Source of the DNA: a virus
DNA: 34,082 nucleotides
Reading direction: 5' to 3' (one strand)
Virus record (IMG/VR): IMGVR_UViG_3300025859_001166
Coordinates: 1-34,082 of that record
Position 1 is the stretch's first letter. Each line of letters begins with the position of its first letter. The notes under the pieces were generated by a model. That model ran no database searches and was not told the DNA's origin. It saw only the letters and a program-made list of their open reading frames with translations. Positions 17,921 through 27,370 of the stretch are shown in pieces. The position numbers and the translations under genes were made by a program.

Positions 17921-18589
17921 ATGACATTTACAAAAAAAGTATCAGCTGGGACCAAGATCACCTCAGCTGATTTCAGGCAATACTTCGGGGATTTTTTTCC
18001 TGAAGGTAAAAAGACAGGCTTTACAGTTTCAGTTGCCAGTGGCCTTACTATTAGCGTTGCGGCTGGGGCTGCATATGTAAAAGATGCGGCCGGAGGCATG
18101 TTCCAAGTTGTTTCAGATGCCTCCGAATCTTTGACAGCAACTGCAAATAGCACAAACTATGTTTATCTGCATTCTGACAACGGGGCCAACTGGCTCACAA
18201 TCTCAACTTCCGCAACTTTGCCAGACGATGCGATGCTGATTGCAACGGTTGTCGCAGGGGCAAGTTCAATCTCTTCAATAACTAATGTTATTTCAGGATT
18301 ACCCTCATTTGTGCCACCTGGAGTTATTGTTGCGTGGAGTGGAGTTTTGACAAGCATCCCCTCAGGATGGCTTCTTTGTGATGGAAACAACGGGACGCCT
18401 AATCTTATTGACCGATTCTTGCAGGGGATCACAACATCTTCAACAAATCCTGGTGCAACTGGAGGTAGCCACACAAAGACTGTAGCTGGATCTTGGACTT
18501 TTGCAGGGGATACAACTACAAGGGTGGCAGGATTTACGATAGATATAAGGCCAAAGTACTACGAAGTTGCGTGGATCATGAAAGCATGA
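17921..18589 (+). CDS. Tail fibre protein with phage tail-collar domain
   Basis: VPPGVIVAWSG...IPSGWLLCDGNNGTPNLIDRF is the tail-collar signature. Confidence 0.8.
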   Translation: MTFTKKVSAGTKITSADFRQYFGDFFPEGKKTGFTVSVASGLTISVAAGAAYVKDAAGGMFQVVSDASESLTATANSTNYVYLHSDNGANWLTISTSATLPDDAMLIATVVAGASSISSITNVISGLPSFVPPGVIVAWSGVLTSIPSGWLLCDGNNGTPNLIDRFLQGITTSSTNPGATGGSHTKTVAGSWTFAGDTTTRVAGFTIDIRPKYYEVAWIMKA

Positions 18590-18732
18590 GGGAATATCAC
18601 TGTGCTAGGTGCGGGGTAGTCATGGCAAGGCCGATTGAGATGTATGCCCGCTATTGTTTTGATCCAAAGACAGAGAAGACGTTTTTAGTTTGTAAGAAGT
18701 GCAAAAGAAAGAGAGATAGGGTTATTTGGTAA
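18586..18732 (+). CDS. 48-aa zinc-finger protein (CxxC...CxxC)
   Basis: ATG 18586 overlaps the fibre stop (ATGA); MREYHCARCG...VCKKCK. Confidence 0.6.
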   Translation: MREYHCARCGVVMARPIEMYARYCFDPKTEKTFLVCKKCKRKRDRVIW

Positions 18733-18751
18733 TTAAATTTAATATATTAGA

Positions 18752-19186
18752 TTATTTTTTAAGTTTAAGATTTTTTAATTTTAATAATTTTGACTCAATC
18801 AATAAATAATCTTCTTTTGAGATAGTTAAGATTGACTTACCCATTATTACTCCTCCCCAATGTAAAGCATTTTTAAAAATAGATATTTTATCAATTAACT
18901 CTGATTTCTCCCTTTTACGTATCTTCATCGGGGGTTCTATTATAATTTCAGGGGATATATTGAAATAATACTTATACTCTTTATTGGAGAAAGTAGTAAT
19001 CTTTTTTGGATATAAATCTGATATTACAAATATGCCACAAATTTGTTTAGGAATTAAATACATTACTATTTTATCATATATTTTAAGATTTTCAAATATT
19101 TTTTTAGTATTAGTAGCATATATTTCATGCTCTTTTATAACCAGCCAATTTTCTTGGTCCGTAATCATAAGCCAATAATTTGTCAA
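18752..19186 (-). CDS. EVE-domain protein
   Basis: MTNYWLMIT..ENW...LKIYDKIVMY...ICGIF pattern of the EVE/PUA-like family; TTG start. Confidence 0.75.
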   Translation of the reverse strand: MTNYWLMITDQENWLVIKEHEIYATNTKKIFENLKIYDKIVMYLIPKQICGIFVISDLYPKKITTFSNKEYKYYFNISPEIIIEPPMKIRKREKSELIDKISIFKNALHWGGVIMGKSILTISKEDYLLIESKLLKLKNLKLKK

Positions 19187-19298
19187 TTTACCATACCTAA
19201 CTTTTTATATATTTTTATAACTCTATTGCGAATATAATAATTAAATGGAGTATCTTAAAAGTTTTATTAATAAAATGAAAATTATTGGGATATATAAA

Positions 19299-22028
19299 TC
19301 AACTTAATCTTCTAACTAAATTTTCAAAACTAGTAATTCTATCCTTAATGTAATCAAACTTAACTTGTGGAACTTTTAAGTAATTCCAAGACTGCCCCAT
19401 TTGTTCTGATACTTCTTGACACCATCTTATTATGGCCTCGTCTTTTCTATCGACATCCTCATACTCTCTTCCCTTAGTTTCTATGATCCAATATTTCTTT
19501 TTATCACCAATATTTTGCACGGCAACGAAGTCCGGGTGATAAAATCTAGTGGCGCCTTTTGAACTAAGATAATCAATTTTAAAAATTGTGGTTGCCAGTG
19601 AAGCAAATCTCTCTATGTCCAGAAATCTTCTATCAAGGAATGTTGCAAACTCTTCCTCAAAGTTATTATAAACAGCTACATAATTGAAAATAGTTTTATC
19701 AAGTCTTACATGTTTTCTATTCCACGGGCTAACTTCTGTTTCAGAGAGTTTAATTGGTTTTTGCAAAATAAGTACATCTGTCTTTTCTGCGGTTAATTCA
19801 CCAATATGTTGGGCAAGAACAGAGATGATTCCTTCTAATACATCTATCCTACTTAGCGACTTTTTAATACAAATTGAATCAATACTATCAATCTTTGTAT
19901 CAAAGCATTTAATTAAGATATACTCCTCTACAATAGGACATATTTCATAAAACTGGCAAGTGAGGCCGGCTTTTTTCATAACGTTGTTCACAATGTAGGA
20001 TATTTTTTCTCTAATTTCATAACCTGCCGTGTGTTCAATGTCTTCTTTATGGATATCGGTGCCCGTTGTAGCAAATTCCATTCTTAATGTCGATTTCCAC
20101 TCCTCTTTTAGAATATCAGAAGTGAATATGTTTGGAATTGAGTTAATATTAATCTCAGACAATTTCTTATAATTTCTTTTGTATCTTAGGCCTATTTGTG
20201 GAATTTCTACATCATACTTAAGGCGTGATAACTCTACAGATATTGTTACACCCTGAGGTGGTGGGGTATGGACTGTTTCTATGTTTACGCCCTCTTGCTC
20301 TAACTCATTCCTGACAAAACTTTCAAATTCGTTTGTTCCCATTACTTCAAGTGTTTGTATATAGTCTGGCGTTATTCCACCCATTATTCTAAGGCCCCTT
20401 CCAATAGTTTGCTCTGGAAGAATTTTTGCCTGCGCTGTATAGGGTCGTAATCCAAGACATACAGTAACGTTTTGAACATCCCAACCTTCTCTTAGCATTA
20501 AAACACTCGAAATAACTTTTATTTTACTTGTAGGATTATCGACATCTCTTGCAACTCGTCGTAATTGTTCTAAATCTGATTTTTTAATATCTCCCGATGT
20601 ATCTGTATGAATAACTAATATTTCATCCTTTGAGAAATCATATATTGATTTATCATTTTGAATAAACTCTGCAATCTTATCCGCATACACAGATTTTTCA
20701 GACATTATAAATAGAATCGGCTTTTTTTTCATGCCTAAATAAGAATCATAGTGCACTTTCCATCTGTGAATAGATGATAGTAACCATTCTCCATATTTTT
20801 CAATGACATTGTCTTGACTCACTTCAATAGGATCTTTTTTATTGACACGGTGAACAATTATTGGGGCTTTTACTATTCTATCCTCTACAGCTTGGGCCAA
20901 TGGATAATCAACTATTGTCCAAGCGTAATAAACACCAGTTTGGGTCTTAGGTGTAGCAGAAAAATCAAGCCAGAGAGTAATTCCCTTTGGTAAGGATCTA
21001 TGGATGGAAATAAGAGTTTCGTGCCACTTTAATTCTGTGTCATGAACATGATGCGCTTCATCATTAATAACTAAGATATTTGTGAGATCCTTTATTCTGT
21101 CTAAGAGCATAACAGGAGATTTTGTTAAATTCTTTTGTGGAGATCTTCCTAATATAGCTTCTGCAATGTTCGCTGGAGTCCATCCATCAACTCTTGATTC
21201 GTATAACTGCTGGATATTTGCCAATATTATATTACTGGAGGGCGCCAAAGGAGAATCGTCGTCTCTTAATGTAACCTTTAAATTCCATAATGATTTCCAA
21301 GGGGAGGGAATAAATGGAAAATCATAAAAGAGTTTATTATCTCTAAAATCCCTTGCTAACCTTTCATAAACTATTACGTTTGGGGGAACTATTAAGAAAT
21401 TGTTGCTGTAGCGTGTATCCTTTTCCTTAATATTATTAAAATATGACCAAACAATGATTAAGGCCATAACTATTGTTTTACCCGAGCCTGTAGCCATCTT
21501 AAATGCATATTTTAGCAATCCTTCTTCTGGAATTTCTTGATTTCCCATTTGTTTTAATTCTGGAAAGTACCGGATGACGTCTCTACTCCCACCTATTTTT
21601 TTTATAACTTCTACAGAACTTCCCAGGATTCCAGTTATCTCTTTTTGAGCAAATTCATGTATAACTTGTTCAAAATCATTGAATTTTTTTACCTCAAATA
21701 AATATATTAATGTTTCAATCGCTTCTCTTTGGCAGAACCAAAAATTAAACTGTCTACCTTTGATTATGTGGTCGCTTTCAAACCAGAAGGTTAATAATTC
21801 TTTGGTAGTCTCTGTTACTCCCGGGTATCCATCATTTACCCACTTGCTTACCTGTTTTCTTATACTATTTGTGAGGAAAGTAGAACTTTTACGTCTACCC
21901 TTTACTATCTTGTAATGGCCCGGTAAATCCTTTACAATATGGCAATCAGGCGGTTTAGTAGGGTCTCGCCCCTCAATGAGCGGAATATTATTATCATAAT
22001 GAACTATGCTTTGAGGTACTTCGCTCAT
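19299..22028 (-). CDS. res: Type III restriction enzyme, Res subunit
   Basis: MATGSGKT, DEAHH, SATP, LREGWDV, QTIGRGLR and C-terminal PDF...IIETKG. Confidence 0.92.
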   Translation of the reverse strand: MSEVPQSIVHYDNNIPLIEGRDPTKPPDCHIVKDLPGHYKIVKGRRKSSTFLTNSIRKQVSKWVNDGYPGVTETTKELLTFWFESDHIIKGRQFNFWFCQREAIETLIYLFEVKKFNDFEQVIHEFAQKEITGILGSSVEVIKKIGGSRDVIRYFPELKQMGNQEIPEEGLLKYAFKMATGSGKTIVMALIIVWSYFNNIKEKDTRYSNNFLIVPPNVIVYERLARDFRDNKLFYDFPFIPSPWKSLWNLKVTLRDDDSPLAPSSNIILANIQQLYESRVDGWTPANIAEAILGRSPQKNLTKSPVMLLDRIKDLTNILVINDEAHHVHDTELKWHETLISIHRSLPKGITLWLDFSATPKTQTGVYYAWTIVDYPLAQAVEDRIVKAPIIVHRVNKKDPIEVSQDNVIEKYGEWLLSSIHRWKVHYDSYLGMKKKPILFIMSEKSVYADKIAEFIQNDKSIYDFSKDEILVIHTDTSGDIKKSDLEQLRRVARDVDNPTSKIKVISSVLMLREGWDVQNVTVCLGLRPYTAQAKILPEQTIGRGLRIMGGITPDYIQTLEVMGTNEFESFVRNELEQEGVNIETVHTPPPQGVTISVELSRLKYDVEIPQIGLRYKRNYKKLSEININSIPNIFTSDILKEEWKSTLRMEFATTGTDIHKEDIEHTAGYEIREKISYIVNNVMKKAGLTCQFYEICPIVEEYILIKCFDTKIDSIDSICIKKSLSRIDVLEGIISVLAQHIGELTAEKTDVLILQKPIKLSETEVSPWNRKHVRLDKTIFNYVAVYNNFEEEFATFLDRRFLDIERFASLATTIFKIDYLSSKGATRFYHPDFVAVQNIGDKKKYWIIETKGREYEDVDRKDEAIIRWCQEVSEQMGQSWNYLKVPQVKFDYIKDRITSFENLVRRLS

Positions 22029-23896
22029 TTTATTGTCACCTCATATATTTGAGAGGTATCTATTCCAAAGATATCAATTACTTTAATAAAAACTTTGTAT
22101 TTCCCAGGTTCTTTATATTTGTAGGTGGCCTTAAGGGACAGAGTTCTATCTTTTTTGGTTCTATACGATGCCCAACTATTAACAAAAGTATCATTTTGAA
22201 AATTAAAATCAATTGCCCAGTAATCGATCCAATCAGTCCATTTTTTGATTTTTTCTCTTACTTCTTTAGATATTAAGTCAGTATGAGGAATAACAAAATC
22301 CTTTAGTTCGATTATGACCTCTTTTCCAGAAGTAATAATTTCAGGTTTGAAATAGGCTAATTCAAAGAATCTTATGTCTCCCCTATCAATAGCCTGTTTT
22401 TCCAAAACCTCGTTAGGTATAATCCAAAGTTTTAGACTAATGTTTTCTCTTTTTGCTATTTGGTCTATCGCATCGTTTAGCCCCATTTCCCATTCCCAAC
22501 CTAAAACGTGAAGCTCTTTTTGCCTCATTTTTTTTGTCTCAGAGATTGCGTTGGCTATTTCATTTATAGTGACAGGAGTATCTATAGACCCAACATAAAC
22601 TAAGGCGTTAGATTTTTTACCATGAATAAATTGTGATCCACTTAGAGGCTCTGCACCGTATAATTTTAAAATAAATGAAATGTATTCATAATAAGCTTGG
22701 ATTGAATCTTTTGGATTGAAGGTAGTACTCTTCCAGTATTGTCTTTCATATTTACCTAGATTTAGAATTTCAAACGGATTAGCTTTCTTATCATATAGTT
22801 TTTGTTCATTTGTTAAATCTTTAGAATTTTGAATTTCTAATATTCTCTTTCGAGTAGTATGAACTGCATATCTAGATAGATCTGTTCCAATCCATCTTCT
22901 CCTCAATTTTTCTGCAACAATCAAAGTTGTACCAGAGCCAACAAAAAAATCTGCAACTAAATCCCCTTCATTTGATGAAGTTAGTATTATTCTTTTCAAT
23001 AATCCTTCTGGTTTCTGGGTAGAAAATCCTGCATATTCAGGATTAGCATACATTACTGTTGGTATATCTCCCCATACATCATCGATTATTTTTTCATTTT
23101 TTTCTATGTATACTAAATTTCCCTCATTGTCTTTTAAATTTACTAATTTTCCATCTCTAACTGTTCTGCCTAATCTTTTTATAGGTGTATCTAGTTTTAT
23201 AAACTGAGAATTAAAAACCGAATCTTTATTATTTGAATATAAAAATATTATATCATGATTGGATAAGAATTTATTTTTGGCTGAAGCCATTTTTCCATAT
23301 CTCCAAATTATTTGATTTTTAAAATTATCTTTTCCAAATATTTCGTCTAATATTAATTTAAGATAATGTCCCACATGCCAATCACAATGAACATAAATTG
23401 AACCTTTTTCAGATAATAACTCTTTGATTAGATATAATCTTTCATACATCATATTAAGATAAGATTCAAGACCTTCCCCCCACGTATCTCGATAAGCCTT
23501 TTCTTCCAAAATAGAATGCTCCTTTTCAACCTCTTCTCCTTCTTCACCTATCTGTACTTTCAATCTAAAATCAGCACCTGTAGCAAACGGGGGGTCAATA
23601 TAGATTAAATCTATTTTTCCTGCAAACTTCTCAAGAAGGGAGGACATCACTAGTTTGTTGTCTCCCCAGATCAGCTTGTTATTCCAACCAGTTTCAAAGC
23701 TATCACCTTCATCAACATCGTAGAAATCATACAAGGTAAGGTTATCTCCTGATTTTTTTCCTTTTCTAGGACTATTAATAGTTTCTACAACTTGGAAAGG
23801 ATAAGGGCCAGGTCTATCAATTGGTTTTAAATTACCTTCATCATCGTATTTACCTTTCCAAACTAGCTCTGGTTTTTTAATATCTATCTTACTCAT
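22025..23896 (-). CDS. mod: Type III DNA methyltransferase, Mod subunit (N6-adenine, beta class)
   Basis: YIDPPF precedes DFFVGSGTT; 4-nt overlap with res. Confidence 0.92.
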   Translation of the reverse strand: MSKIDIKKPELVWKGKYDDEGNLKPIDRPGPYPFQVVETINSPRKGKKSGDNLTLYDFYDVDEGDSFETGWNNKLIWGDNKLVMSSLLEKFAGKIDLIYIDPPFATGADFRLKVQIGEEGEEVEKEHSILEEKAYRDTWGEGLESYLNMMYERLYLIKELLSEKGSIYVHCDWHVGHYLKLILDEIFGKDNFKNQIIWRYGKMASAKNKFLSNHDIIFLYSNNKDSVFNSQFIKLDTPIKRLGRTVRDGKLVNLKDNEGNLVYIEKNEKIIDDVWGDIPTVMYANPEYAGFSTQKPEGLLKRIILTSSNEGDLVADFFVGSGTTLIVAEKLRRRWIGTDLSRYAVHTTRKRILEIQNSKDLTNEQKLYDKKANPFEILNLGKYERQYWKSTTFNPKDSIQAYYEYISFILKLYGAEPLSGSQFIHGKKSNALVYVGSIDTPVTINEIANAISETKKMRQKELHVLGWEWEMGLNDAIDQIAKRENISLKLWIIPNEVLEKQAIDRGDIRFFELAYFKPEIITSGKEVIIELKDFVIPHTDLISKEVREKIKKWTDWIDYWAIDFNFQNDTFVNSWASYRTKKDRTLSLKATYKYKEPGKYKVFIKVIDIFGIDTSQIYEVTIK

Positions 23897-26748
23897 ACAA
23901 TATCCTCACTTTTGAAATTTATTACCCCTTCCTTAGAGCAGTATGTTCTAAAATCACACTCTTTACATATTTTTGAAATATCGGGTGGATTAGCCATGTC
24001 AAACCTTTTTTCCATAATGCAAGTTGAAATATAATCAAAGTGTTTTCCAACTTCATCTACATAATCTTTACTGTATGAAAACTCCATCAAAGCATTTTCT
24101 CTTATCTCTTCACTCGTCCAGTATAGCAATAGACGTTCAGGATGAAATCCATATCTTTGATTGACAATATACCCATATAAGGATAGTTGCCTCTTGTATC
24201 TTTCAATTAAGGGATCATCGAGATTTGGTTTTGGTTGGGTCTTAAAGTCTAGTATTTCTACCTTATCGTCTTCTCCTAAAAGAAGATCTATTTTTCCAAG
24301 TATTATATATCTATCTTTTTCAACAGAAACATCTACTTCTGTTTCAATAACCCTATCCATTAGATCTTTGTTTTGATTAAAGTAAGTTAGCACCTGTTTG
24401 AGGCCAGCTTCTTTTGGAGTTTGTGCAAGTGGTCTTAACCCAGTTGCAATTAATCCTTTGTAGTTCTCGTTGTAAAGATCTTCTATTAAAGTCGGCGTTA
24501 TCTCGCCCAATCTATCCTCTAAAACAAATCTATGAATATCTTCTATCGTCTGGTGCACTAGACTACCGAAAAGAACACTTCCTACTCTAGACGGCTCAAA
24601 TTTATATTCTTTATACATCTGATACTGTCTAGGGCAAGTTTCATAGATGTTTATATCTGAAGTAAGACTAAAGGTTCTTTTTGGTATATATTGATCCTTA
24701 GGAGAGAATCTTTGGGCAGTAAGTAATTCTCTCTTAACGTGGGGCCACTGATCAAGACCTTCCCATATTGGAGCAAATGATCTATGGGGAGTATCAGTTG
24801 TAGTTAGGACAAGTAATTTTTGGGCTCTTGAAAATGCTACATAGAAATGTCTTGCCCTATCAAAATCTGTAATTCTCTTCTCAGGTTCAAATAATCCTCT
24901 TTCATAAAAACTACCTAGAGTTCTATCAATCTGTTTTTGGGTATTAAATCCTCTTGCTAAAGATCCTACTATAATTACAGGAAAATCTAATCCTTTTGAT
25001 TGATGGATTGTCATCACCTGTACATGGCCTTTTGGAAAAGGGTTGTCTGGATCCTCGTATTCGTCGATGCCACCATCGATTAAGAACCTAAAGAAACTCC
25101 CGAATAGATAAAACTTGATAAATTCTTTATTTTTGAAAGTTACAATATTAAAATGATAATATTGCTGGAATTTTCGTAATAATGAAGAAAATATTGATAA
25201 ATTTCTAGCCTTGTTTTCTTCTTTTAAAAATTTAGAAAACGGCTTGTACGCAAGAAGCTGATAGAAATAATCACCTATAGATAAATCAAGTGTTTGGCCT
25301 TCATTAAGGGATTTTATCTGGTCATTTCGCCTTTGGATGTACTCAGATAACGGGCTTTTAATGTAATCCTTCAATAATTCAAATCCTTGATAAATATAAT
25401 TTCGGTAAGGATAATTTTCTAAATGCTCCCCCATGAACTCAAATACCATAGCAAAGCATGCCAACATCATCTTTATCTCATCATTTTCAAAATAGGCTTT
25501 GGCTCTTGGATTAAAATATGGAATCCCTAATCTATCAAAGGCATCTGTGTACTGACAACTTGATTCAATTCGGACACTTTTTAATATTAGTGCCACATCT
25601 CTATAGTCTGTTATAACATTCTTATCTTTTAGATATTTTACCATCTCTGCTACTCTTTGGCCCTCGTCAGATTCATTCCTCCCCCATATAGAAAAAACTG
25701 CGGGGTAATCTGGAAATATTGTATTTTTGGGAGGTACAACCTCTTTGTCCATAAATCTATAAAATCTTCCATCCTTATCGGCCCAATCTACGGCTTGCAT
25801 AAAACGATTGTATCGTTCAATTATCTTGTTATGTGACCTATAGTTTGTAAGAAGCGGGATCTCTTCACAATTTTTAAAATGAGAAGGAAATTCAATTATG
25901 TTCCTAATAGTTGCCCCTCTAAATCTATAAAGAGATTGATCTTCATCTCCAACGACACAAATATTATTATTTGGTTTTCCCCATGTCAATATTATCTGTT
26001 CTTGCGCATAGTTTGTGTCCTGATACTCATCGACCATAATGTATTTTATCTTATCCTTTATTTTTGGACCAACTGTTTCATTTTTTAATAGATCTAAGAA
26101 AACGGTCTGTAGGTGGGAAAAGTCTATTCTGTTATTCTCAAATAAGAGCTTTCTATATTGTTTGTATGCGAGGCCCAAGTCCCTAACAAAATTATCATTT
26201 GAATTTAATAATTGATCAGGATCAATCAGCTCCTCAGTTATTTTATTAATGAATGGTATAATGGCCTTTATAGTTGACGATTTAGTCTTCCACTTTCCAA
26301 GATAAAGATTGTTTCTGGCCCCACCAACTATATCTCCAAAATGCTCATAGATAAACAAATATTGAGTCAAATCATCAAGAGTAATATAATTATTTTTTAA
26401 ATTAGTGTAGAATAAGTTTTTAGAAATAAATCTCTCACATATACTATGAATCGTGCCTATCTTTAGTTCATGCAGGGATTCTTTCATTTTTAGTTTTCTT
26501 GAAATCTGGCTAACTCTGTCCCTTAATTCAAAGGCAGCCTTTTCAGTGAATGTTGTCAATACTATTTCTGAGGGTAATGCTTTTCCAGTTTTAATTAAGT
26601 AAAGTGTTCTTAGAACTAAAACTAAAGTTTTTCCAGTACCTGGGCCCGCAATAAGTAATAGGGGCCCCTCTGTTGTAGTAATGGATTTTTGTTGTTCTTT
26701 ATTTAATGAAGGATACAATTCAACTATTTCTGCAAGCACGGGGTCCAT
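23893..26748 (-). CDS. UvrD/PcrA-like SF1 helicase fused to a C-terminal PD-(D/E)XK nuclease with predicted Fe-S cluster
   Basis: GPGTGKT, DEYQDTN, GDEDQSLYRFRGA, TNYRS, TIHQSKGLDF and YVAFSRA; then CPRQY...GKIDL...LDFKT...QLSLY...CKECDFRTYC. Confidence 0.9.
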   Translation of the reverse strand: MDPVLAEIVELYPSLNKEQQKSITTTEGPLLLIAGPGTGKTLVLVLRTLYLIKTGKALPSEIVLTTFTEKAAFELRDRVSQISRKLKMKESLHELKIGTIHSICERFISKNLFYTNLKNNYITLDDLTQYLFIYEHFGDIVGGARNNLYLGKWKTKSSTIKAIIPFINKITEELIDPDQLLNSNDNFVRDLGLAYKQYRKLLFENNRIDFSHLQTVFLDLLKNETVGPKIKDKIKYIMVDEYQDTNYAQEQIILTWGKPNNNICVVGDEDQSLYRFRGATIRNIIEFPSHFKNCEEIPLLTNYRSHNKIIERYNRFMQAVDWADKDGRFYRFMDKEVVPPKNTIFPDYPAVFSIWGRNESDEGQRVAEMVKYLKDKNVITDYRDVALILKSVRIESSCQYTDAFDRLGIPYFNPRAKAYFENDEIKMMLACFAMVFEFMGEHLENYPYRNYIYQGFELLKDYIKSPLSEYIQRRNDQIKSLNEGQTLDLSIGDYFYQLLAYKPFSKFLKEENKARNLSIFSSLLRKFQQYYHFNIVTFKNKEFIKFYLFGSFFRFLIDGGIDEYEDPDNPFPKGHVQVMTIHQSKGLDFPVIIVGSLARGFNTQKQIDRTLGSFYERGLFEPEKRITDFDRARHFYVAFSRAQKLLVLTTTDTPHRSFAPIWEGLDQWPHVKRELLTAQRFSPKDQYIPKRTFSLTSDINIYETCPRQYQMYKEYKFEPSRVGSVLFGSLVHQTIEDIHRFVLEDRLGEITPTLIEDLYNENYKGLIATGLRPLAQTPKEAGLKQVLTYFNQNKDLMDRVIETEVDVSVEKDRYIILGKIDLLLGEDDKVEILDFKTQPKPNLDDPLIERYKRQLSLYGYIVNQRYGFHPERLLLYWTSEEIRENALMEFSYSKDYVDEVGKHFDYISTCIMEKRFDMANPPDISKICKECDFRTYCSKEGVINFKSEDIV

Positions 26749-26892
26749 CTTTTCACGCTCTAGTTGTAAAATAATAACCTAAGGATTGTACTGTATGGTA
26801 TTCCCTTATATATAAGAATATGGAAAAAAATAGGGAAAATAGGGAAAAATATTTCTTTTCCAAATAATATTAAAAACTAATAAAGTAATCTT

Positions 26893-27354
26893 ATGAAGAT
26901 TACAATGCCACCTAAAGAAGAATCCGCTCAAATAACAAAGGAGAATATAGATAAGGTGCTTGAATTTATACCCTACTTTGAAGATAAGGCCAACGTTTTC
27001 TATATTCTTGTGCCGCCAAGAGAAATTAAACAAGGAATTTACCATGTTCCATATTATGACTATTCAGAAAAAGTCTCCGATTTTTTATATGTTTTGTATA
27101 AGGAAAATTTTACCACCCATTATGGCAAGACCAAAGATAGGGGCGATATATTTAGATTAATTAATAGAGTGATTCCTTTGTCAGAAGCTAGTATCCAAGA
27201 CATCAGAGTGATATTCAAAACTATTTTAGCGGGAGATAGGATATGCGAGGGATATCTAGCCCGTTCAATTGAGAATGGATTAGTGCTTGATATATTAAAA
27301 AGATTGAAAGAGATTAGAGCGAATCTAGAACGTTTTCCGAAGTTTGAAGTATAA
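26893..27354 (+). CDS. DUF6508-like protein
   Basis: LEFIPYF...GDRICEGYLARSIENGLVLDILKRLKEI resembles the DUF6508 consensus as I recall it; unverified. Confidence 0.55.
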   Translation: MKITMPPKEESAQITKENIDKVLEFIPYFEDKANVFYILVPPREIKQGIYHVPYYDYSEKVSDFLYVLYKENFTTHYGKTKDRGDIFRLINRVIPLSEASIQDIRVIFKTILAGDRICEGYLARSIENGLVLDILKRLKEIRANLERFPKFEV

Positions 27355-27370
27355 GAGAATTTAAATAAAA

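Noticed and set aside
8936-18589. Contractile tail or extracellular contractile injection system
   Set aside because: No sheath, baseplate wedge (gpJ/gp25) or PAAR gene recognised; the layout fits a non-contractile tail.
17921-18732. Diversity-generating retroelement targeting the tail fibre
   Set aside because: No reverse transcriptase and no template/variable repeat pair differing at adenines was seen.
19299-26748. BREX or DISARM
   Set aside because: No PglZ, BrxC, DrmA/B or phospholipase D; the motifs fit type III Mod/Res plus an SF1 helicase-nuclease.
23893-26748. Housekeeping uvrD/pcrA or cas4
   Set aside because: It is fused to a nuclease, coupled to mod, and has no CRISPR context, so no gene symbol was assigned.
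26821-26851. Short AAATAGGGAA tandem in the helicase/DUF6508 intergenic region
   Set aside because: Only two copies in low-complexity AT-rich DNA; could arise by chance.
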